Source: an uncultured Chloroflexia bacterium (GTDB lineage: Bacteria > Chloroflexota > Limnocylindria > Limnocylindrales > CSP1-4). Taken from it: DNA of 64,000 bases. Location: the NCBI GenBank assembly GCA_963833225.1, contig CAWHXD010000008.1, positions 352,001 to 416,000 of the forward strand. The letters run 5' to 3'. How positions within the stretch are numbered: the first letter of the stretch is position 1; each line of letters opens with the position of its first letter. Positions 57,978 to 64,000 of this stretch are shown here, in pieces. The notes under the pieces are model-generated. The model had not been told where the DNA came from. It searched no databases and saw nothing but the letters and a program-made list of their open reading frames with translations. Position numbers and translations under genes: made by a program.

Positions 57978-58913
57978 TCATGGGTTCGGCGTGGGCTTGG
58001 GAGCCGAGGTGGCGTCCGGCGTTGGCCTCGCCGACTCCTCGACCGGGATGATCGTGCCACTCCGGTCATCCGCGAGGATCACCCGGGCGACGCTCGTCTC
58101 ACGACCCGCCAGGATGCTGCGCAGGAGGCGGACCTGGCCCTGGATCAGATCGGTCGTGCGCAGGGTGGGCGTGTAGAAGCCGAACACGGCCGTCCAGGAG
58201 GCGGGTCGGGTCCGCATCGTGAACCCGTCGGTGTCATCGACCCGGAGCACCAGCGATCGCGCCCCGCTGCCGACGTCGGCTGGATGCAGCGAAGCGAGCC
58301 GGAGGGCCGCATCGAGATCGACTTCGTCCAGGGTGGACCCGACGTCGGACCACATCGAGGCGAACCGCGCGTCGTCGATGACCGGCAGGTCGGCAGCCGC
58401 AGCGGGCGGATCGGCCGGCAGCTTCGCGAACAGGAGACCCTCGGCATCGACGAGGAACCGGCGCTCGCCCAACCTCCAGACCATGAGCGCTTCGCGCTCG
58501 CTGACGACCACCCGGACCTCGTCGGGAAGCGCGACCGAGACGGTCGCCTGGCGGACGGCGGGGATGGTGGTCAGAGCCTGCTCCAGCAGCCCGGTGCGGA
58601 GGGTGAACACGTTGCTGTCCGGGGGGATCGCGAGCCGCTCGAGGATCCGCTCCTCGCTGGTCCAGGTGGTCCCGGTGACCGTCGTGCGGTGGGTGGCGAA
58701 CGCATCGGACGACGCGAGCCCGTAGGTCGCAGCGACGCCGGCCAGGATCGCGAGCAGGGCGCCCGCCCGGGTGGGAGTGATCCCGGCCGACGCCCGCCGG
58801 ACCGGCTTCGTCCGGCGGACGGCCCCACCCGGGCGCGCGCCGGGCCGAAGCGCAGACGGCCGGAGCGGGCGAACGGCCGGACCCTGGCGACCCCGGCCGC
58901 GATTCACCGGCAT
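57978..58913 (-). CDS. ftsQ: Cell division protein FtsQ/DivIB
   Basis: Basic N terminus, single TM, POTRA-like segment ending P.V..ATV...LPD.V.V.V.ER, LVDAEG. dcw position. Confidence 0.82.
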   Translation of the reverse strand: MPVNRGRGRQGPAVRPLRPSALRPGARPGGAVRRTKPVRRASAGITPTRAGALLAILAGVAATYGLASSDAFATHRTTVTGTTWTSEERILERLAIPPDSNVFTLRTGLLEQALTTIPAVRQATVSVALPDEVRVVVSEREALMVWRLGERRFLVDAEGLLFAKLPADPPAAAADLPVIDDARFASMWSDVGSTLDEVDLDAALRLASLHPADVGSGARSLVLRVDDTDGFTMRTRPASWTAVFGFYTPTLRTTDLIQGQVRLLRSILAGRETSVARVILADDRSGTIIPVEESARPTPDATSAPKPTPNP

Positions 58914-58920
58914 GCGAGGA

Positions 58921-60066
58921 TCACCGGGGCAGGTCCGCGGCCGTGAGACGGTGCCGGACGCGGGACCGGTCGCGACTCAGCGCGAGGTCGATCACCCGCC
59001 GGCACACGGCCGCGAAGTCGTAGCCGCCCTGCGCGCACAGGACCGGGAACAGGCTGATGGGCGTGAACCCCGGGATCGTGTTGATCTCGGACACGACCAG
59101 CGTCTCGCCCGCGAGCAGGAAGTCGATCCGCGCGAACCCCTCGGCGCCGATGGCGCGATAGGTATCCCGGGCGAGCTTGTGGATGGCCGTCCGCTGGGCC
59201 GGCGACACCTCGGCCGTCGCGGTGGTGTTGGACATGCCGGGCGTGTACTTCGCCTGGTAGTCGTAGAACTCGTGACCGGACATGATCTCGCCGGGACCGT
59301 ACAGCTCGATCTCGGCCGGCTCGTTGCCGAGGACGGAGACCTCGAGGTCACGGGCGCCGGCGAGATAGCGCTCGACGATGGCCAGGTCGTCGTACCGGAA
59401 CGCCTCGTCGACCGCCGGCCCGCGCTCGCCCGCCGTGTGGGCGATCGTCATCCCGACCGAGCTGCCAAGGCGCGCCGGCTTGACCATCAGGCGCGCATCG
59501 CCGCCCGCGGCCGCGAACGCCTCGAGCTCGGCGAGGACCGCTTCGCGGTCGGCCAGCCAGCGGGCCGCCCGCACCTCGACCCAGTCGGTCACCGGCAGCC
59601 CGATGCCGCGTGCCAGCCGCTTGAACAGCGCCTTGTCCATCCCCACGGCGCTGGCCATGACCCCGGACCCCGTGTAGGCGAGCCCGGCGGCCTCGCACAG
59701 CGCCTGGGCCGTTCCGTCCTCGCCAAACGGACCATGGAGGGCCAGGAACACGACCGGTCTTGCCGTCCGTTCCGTGAGCTGCTCCAGCGCCTTGCCGGCC
59801 GGGAACGGCCCAATGCCCCCCAGGACCGGCGGGTCGTCGTAGTCGGCCGGAGGGCGCCCGTCGCGCCGGTGGCCGTCGGGAAGCCGCCACCACGCGCCGT
59901 CGAGGTCGATCAGCCACGTCTCCACGGGATAGCCGGACGCAGCCAGGGCATCGGCGATCGCCGACCCGGACACGATCGAGACGTCATGCTCGGCCGAAGG
60001 ACCGCCAAGGAGGACGGCGACCGGCGTCAGCGCGGGGTCGTGGGCGAGCGGCGGCACCGGCATCAT
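58921..60066 (-). CDS. ddl: D-alanine--D-alanine ligase
   Basis: GGPSAEHDVS, LHGPFGEDG, MDK, VKPA..GSSVG, FYDYQAKY, EINTIPGFT..S. Confidence 0.97.
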   Translation of the reverse strand: MMPVPPLAHDPALTPVAVLLGGPSAEHDVSIVSGSAIADALAASGYPVETWLIDLDGAWWRLPDGHRRDGRPPADYDDPPVLGGIGPFPAGKALEQLTERTARPVVFLALHGPFGEDGTAQALCEAAGLAYTGSGVMASAVGMDKALFKRLARGIGLPVTDWVEVRAARWLADREAVLAELEAFAAAGGDARLMVKPARLGSSVGMTIAHTAGERGPAVDEAFRYDDLAIVERYLAGARDLEVSVLGNEPAEIELYGPGEIMSGHEFYDYQAKYTPGMSNTTATAEVSPAQRTAIHKLARDTYRAIGAEGFARIDFLLAGETLVVSEINTIPGFTPISLFPVLCAQGGYDFAAVCRRVIDLALSRDRSRVRHRLTAADLPR

Positions 60067-61040
60067 GCTGACTCCCGCGGTTCGGTTGTGGCCGTGGGCC
60101 AGTCGCCCACGAACTCGACCTCGAAGGCGAGCTCGATCCCGTGACGGGCGAGCACCTCCGCGCGGACGTGCTCGGCAACCCGGCGCACGTCGGCGGCCGT
60201 CCCACGAGCGTCGTTGACGATGAAGTTGGCGTGCTTCTCGGACACGACAGCCCCGCCGACACGGTAGCCCTTGAGGCCGGCGGCGTCGATCAGCCGTCCG
60301 GCGGCGTCACCGGGCGGGTTCCGGAACACGGATCCCGCGGAAGGGATCCCCAGCGGCTGGTGCTCGCGGCGCCAGCGCCGGATGTCGTCGAGACGGGCCT
60401 TGATCTGGGCCGGGTCCGCGGATCGGAGGCTGAACACGGCCGCGATCACGATCTCCCCGGGTCCCTCGGGTGACGGGCCGGCCGCCTTGAACCGGCTGTG
60501 CCGGTAGGCGAACCCAAGCTCGTCGGTCGGCAGCACCCGTTCCGAGCCGTCGGCGAACAGGACCGTGGCGGACTCGAGGACCGACGCCGTCTCCGAACCG
60601 TGGGCACCGGCGTTCGACCAGACCGCGCCCCCGACCGTCCCGGGGATGGCGAGCCCGTACTCGAGCCCGGTCAGGCCCGCCTGCTGGGTCTCGGTCGCGG
60701 CCCGTGCCATGGGGACCCCCGCGTCCGCGAGATAGCGATCCCCGTCCAGGCGCGATCCCTCGGCCCGGGCCTGGATGACCAGGCCGCGGAACCCGCCGTC
60801 CCCGACGACCAGGTTGCTGCCGCGTCCGAGGAGGAGGAACGGGATGCCGCGTGCCCGCGCGAACCTGATCAGCCCCCGCAGCTCGAACGCGTTGTGGGCG
60901 ACCGCGAACAGGTCGGCCGGCCCGCCGACGCGCATCGTGGTGTGGCGGGCCAGGCGCTCGTCGCGCACCGTCTTGACGCCCAGGCGGCGCTGGATCTCGG
61001 TGCCGGTCCGCAGGGCGTCGAACGTCGTGTCGTCGCTCAC
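60063..61040 (-). CDS. murB: UDP-N-acetylmuramate dehydrogenase
   Basis: HTTMRVGGPA, LGRGSNL, IPGTVGGA...NAGA, FAYRHS, PSAGSVFRNP, KHANFIVN. Confidence 0.96.
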   Translation of the reverse strand: MSDDTTFDALRTGTEIQRRLGVKTVRDERLARHTTMRVGGPADLFAVAHNAFELRGLIRFARARGIPFLLLGRGSNLVVGDGGFRGLVIQARAEGSRLDGDRYLADAGVPMARAATETQQAGLTGLEYGLAIPGTVGGAVWSNAGAHGSETASVLESATVLFADGSERVLPTDELGFAYRHSRFKAAGPSPEGPGEIVIAAVFSLRSADPAQIKARLDDIRRWRREHQPLGIPSAGSVFRNPPGDAAGRLIDAAGLKGYRVGGAVVSEKHANFIVNDARGTAADVRRVAEHVRAEVLARHGIELAFEVEFVGDWPTATTEPRESA

Positions 61041-62188
61041 CGGTGGGGACCTCGGGCCGTGGCCTCGACCTCGACGGCATCGGGGAGCGGCCCCCGGCCG
61101 GCCACGGCCAGCACGAGGTCGGCGACCGCGGCCGCGGCACCCGGACGGGCGAGATCGCGGGCGGCGGCCGACATCGAGGCATGACGCGCCGGGTCGGCGA
61201 GCAGCCCCGCCACGTCCACCAGCCGATCCGCGTCGAGGTCGTCGTCCTCGACGATGACCGCGGCACCCGCCTCGGCGAATGACTCGGCGTTGAGGCGCTG
61301 GTGGCCTGCGGCGTGCGGGTACGGGACGATGGCCATCGGCAGGGCGAACGCCGCGGCTTCGGCCAGGGTGGAGGCTCCGGCGCGGCCGACCGCCAGGTCC
61401 GCCGCGGCCAGGGCCGCCGTCATCTCGTCGCCGTGGAGGAACGGGAAAGGCCGGTAGCGGTCCCGCAGGTCCGGCGGCAGCGCCTCGCGGGCGGCCAGCG
61501 CCGCCGGGTATCCGTCGTCGCCCGTCACGTGGACCACCCGGATCCGCTCCACCAGGCGCGGGAGCGCGCCGGCCACGGCGTCGTTGATGCGGCGCACGGC
61601 CTGCGACCCGCCGAACACGAGCAGGATCCGCTCGCCGGGGCGCCCGCCAACCTGTTCGCGAGCCTCGTCGGGGTCCACCGTGTCGAGCGCGCGGATGGGC
61701 GTCCCGGTCATGTACGTCCGCGGCTGGCCGAGCGTCGCCCCCGTCGCCGGGTGGCTCACCGTGACGACCGTCGCCAGCCGCGCGACCAGGCGCACGCTGC
61801 GCCCGGGGACCACGTTGCCGTCCCACAGCACGCTCGGGATCCGGAGGATGGCGGCCGCGAGCAGGACCGGGATCGCCACGTAGCCGCCGGTCGTGAAGAT
61901 CGCCGCCGGGCGACGCGCGAGCAGCAGGACCAGCGCCTGCGGGAGGGAGAACCCGAGGCGAATCGGATCGAGGACCAGGTGGATGTCGCGGTCGGCGGAG
62001 CGCAGCGAGCGCAGGAACAGCCGGCGCAGCGGGATGCCGGCCCCCGGGACGATGTCCCGCTCGAGGCCCCGGTGCCCGCCGACCCAGGCGAGCTCAGGCG
62101 CGCCGGATCGGGCGCGGAGCGACCGGGCGACGGCGAGAGCCGGGTAGATGTGACCGCCCGTCCCCCCGCCCGCGATCAGCAGGCGCAT
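61037..62188 (-). CDS. murG: Lipid II GlcNAc transferase
   Basis: GGGTGGHIYP, TGGYV, TGTPIR, FGGSQ, RAGAST, HQRLNA. Confidence 0.97.
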   Translation of the reverse strand: MRLLIAGGGTGGHIYPALAVARSLRARSGAPELAWVGGHRGLERDIVPGAGIPLRRLFLRSLRSADRDIHLVLDPIRLGFSLPQALVLLLARRPAAIFTTGGYVAIPVLLAAAILRIPSVLWDGNVVPGRSVRLVARLATVVTVSHPATGATLGQPRTYMTGTPIRALDTVDPDEAREQVGGRPGERILLVFGGSQAVRRINDAVAGALPRLVERIRVVHVTGDDGYPAALAAREALPPDLRDRYRPFPFLHGDEMTAALAAADLAVGRAGASTLAEAAAFALPMAIVPYPHAAGHQRLNAESFAEAGAAVIVEDDDLDADRLVDVAGLLADPARHASMSAAARDLARPGAAAAVADLVLAVAGRGPLPDAVEVEATARGPHR

Positions 62189-63374
62189 CGTTCCACGTTC
62201 CTTTCTCGACCGTCTCGCGCGAGATCGACAGCAGGATGCCGATGGCGGCGAAGCTGATGATGAGGCTCGAGCCGCCCGCGGACACGAACGGCAGCGGAAT
62301 GCCGGTGACCGGGAACAGGCCCACCACCACCCCGATGTTGATGAACGCCTGGAGGCAGATCCAGGCCGTGATGCCCGCCGCGAGCATGGCGCCGAACGTG
62401 TCGGGCGCGCCCAGCGAGGTGCGGATTCCGAGATACCCGATCGCCAGGAACAGGACGATCACGAGCCCGCCCCCAACGAGTCCGAACTCCTCGCCCACGA
62501 TCGCGAAGATGAAGTCGTTGAAGGCGTTGGGCAGGAACAGGCCGCCCGCCAGACGGCTCTCGCCCAGCCCGGCGCCGAAGATGCCGCCCAGGGCCAGCGC
62601 GTAGTAGCCCTGGATGCTGTGGAACCCGAGATGGGCCTGGTCGACCCACGGGTTCAGCCAGACAGAGATCCGGTCCACCTGGTAGTCATGGAACTGCAGG
62701 TACAGCCAGGCGGCAGGCACCGCCGCCGCGACCATTCCCGCAAGGTGCCAAAGGTTCGCGCCGGCCACGAAGAACACGGTGAACGCGGTGAGCCCGAGCA
62801 CGGACGACGTCCCCAGGTCGGGCTCGAGCAGCACCAGGACCACCACCGGGGCCGCGATGACCAGGAACGGCAGCGTCCCGCTGAGCACCCCGTGGACTGC
62901 GGTCCCGCGCTTGGCGAACCAGTAGGCGAGGTACACGACCAGCGCGAGCTTCATGAACTCGGCGGGGTGGACGGCCGGCAGGGGCCCGAGCTTGATCCAG
63001 CGCGCCGAACCTCCGACCACGATGTTGATGTCGGGGATGAACACCAGCAGCAGCCCGACGACGCCCGCGATGAACAGGGGCACGGACGCCACCCGAAGCC
63101 AGCGGTAGTCGACCCGCATCATCACCACCATGGCCACCAGCCCAAGCGCCGCCCACTGGATCTGCGGGCCGACGATCGCGAACGTGTTGTTGGCGCTCGA
63201 CAGGTAGGCCTTGATCGCCGAGGAGCTGTAGACCATCAGGATGCCGATCGCCGCGAGGGCGACGGTCGCGACGAGGATCCCGTACTCGGGCTCGTGGCGC
63301 TCGCGCTGGAGCGTGTTGGCGCGGGTGCGGTCCCGGGCGGGGACCCGGACGGCCGTGAGGGGCACGGTGCTCAT
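62094..63374 (-). CDS. ftsW: SEDS peptidoglycan polymerase FtsW
   Basis: MVYSSS, GSARWI, PAEFMK, EPDLGT, DFIFAIVGEEFG, PVTGIPLPFVSAGGSS. Confidence 0.96.
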   Translation of the reverse strand: MSTVPLTAVRVPARDRTRANTLQRERHEPEYGILVATVALAAIGILMVYSSSAIKAYLSSANNTFAIVGPQIQWAALGLVAMVVMMRVDYRWLRVASVPLFIAGVVGLLLVFIPDINIVVGGSARWIKLGPLPAVHPAEFMKLALVVYLAYWFAKRGTAVHGVLSGTLPFLVIAAPVVVLVLLEPDLGTSSVLGLTAFTVFFVAGANLWHLAGMVAAAVPAAWLYLQFHDYQVDRISVWLNPWVDQAHLGFHSIQGYYALALGGIFGAGLGESRLAGGLFLPNAFNDFIFAIVGEEFGLVGGGLVIVLFLAIGYLGIRTSLGAPDTFGAMLAAGITAWICLQAFINIGVVVGLFPVTGIPLPFVSAGGSSLIISFAAIGILLSISRETVEKGTWNDAPADRGRGDGRSHLPGSRRRPVAPRPIRRA

Positions 63375-64000
63375 GCGGATCTCCCGTCGCCTGGCTGGGT
63401 CGGGCGGCGCGCCGAGGCGAGGCGGCCGACGGAGTCGATGAACGCGCGACCACGGGCCGCGTAATCCTCGTACATGTCGAACGATGCGGCAGCGGGGCTC
63501 AACACGACCGTCGCCAGCGCCCCGTCGGGCGCCTCGCCCAGGGCGAGGTGCGCGAAGGCGTCCGCGGCGACGACCGCTTCATCCATGGTCGCCGCACGGG
63601 CCGTGCGGGCGAGCCCGGCCGCCTGGAACAGCCGCTCCAGCGTGGGCCCACTCTCCCCGATCAGCACGGCGGCGAAGGCGGTCCCGCCCACGACCGACGC
63701 GAGCTGGCCCAGGTCCACGCCCTTGTCCCGTCCGCCGGCGATCAGCACGACCGGCGCGGGGAAGGCCCGCAGGGCGGCGATCACCGCGTCGGGCTGGGTG
63801 CCCTGGGAGTCGTTGACGAAGCGGACGTCGTCAACGAGCCCGACCGGCTGGAGACGGTGCTCCACGCCCCCAAAGCCCGCAGCCGCATTCCGGATCGCGT
63901 CGGGGGCGATCCCGAACAGGAGCCCCACGGCCACCGCGGCCAGTGCGTTGGACACGTTGTGCGCCCCGGGAATGCCGAGCTCGTCGACCGGCATGACCCC
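63371..64000 (-). CDS. murD: UDP-MurNAc-L-Ala--D-glutamate ligase (5' part outside the window)
   Basis: GAHNVSNA, GVEHRL, NDSQGT, LIAGGRDK, LSPAAASFD.Y..Y..RG. Confidence 0.93.
   Translation of the reverse strand, partial: GVMPVDELGIPGAHNVSNALAAVAVGLLFGIAPDAIRNAAAGFGGVEHRLQPVGLVDDVRFVNDSQGTQPDAVIAALRAFPAPVVLIAGGRDKGVDLGQLASVVGGTAFAAVLIGESGPTLERLFQAAGLARTARAATMDEAVVAADAFAHLALGEAPDGALATVVLSPAAASFDMYEDYAARGRAFIDSVGRLASARRPTQPGDGRSA

Noticed and set aside
58921-60066. VanA-like D-Ala-D-Lac ligase
   Set aside because: FYDYQAKY omega loop and dcw context indicate ordinary Ddl.

Overview
A very GC-rich bacterial chromosome segment made mostly of core genes and read mainly on the minus strand. Gene content and protein style suggest Chloroflexota, possibly Limnocylindria/Ellin6529 (inference only). 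In order: ligA, an FMN alpha-hydroxy-acid oxidase, a DinB-like gene, pcrA, groES-groEL with a clear CIRCE operator, tatD-VOC-metG, a purA-D-B-C-S-Q-L-F-M-(N+H fusion) operon, MFS, ssb, a Ca2+/H+ antiporter, an operon of split NAD synthetase-rsmI-PfkB/nucleoside phosphorylase fusion-degenerate phosphorylase, a circularly permuted family-5 solute-binding protein, an oppCABDF transporter, gcvT-H-PA-PB, NUDIX, DUF2520, acnA, tRNA-Val(CAC) and the distal dcw cluster (murD to ftsZ-yggS-yggT-yggU). I found no CRISPR array, integrase or transposase. Many frameshifts cluster in essential genes (about 10.7-13.0 kb, 19.9-26.1 kb, 49.4 kb) and look like sequencing indels. The best candidates for novelty are the kinase-phosphorylase fusion with its apparently inactive partner, the circularly permuted SBP, a structured purA leader with a uORF and terminator, the PurN-PurH fusion, a MetRS whose HIGH motif reads GLHT, two long nested-hairpin intergenic elements, and a pervasive leaderless-gene signature. 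No database searches were run; all family calls come from motif recognition.
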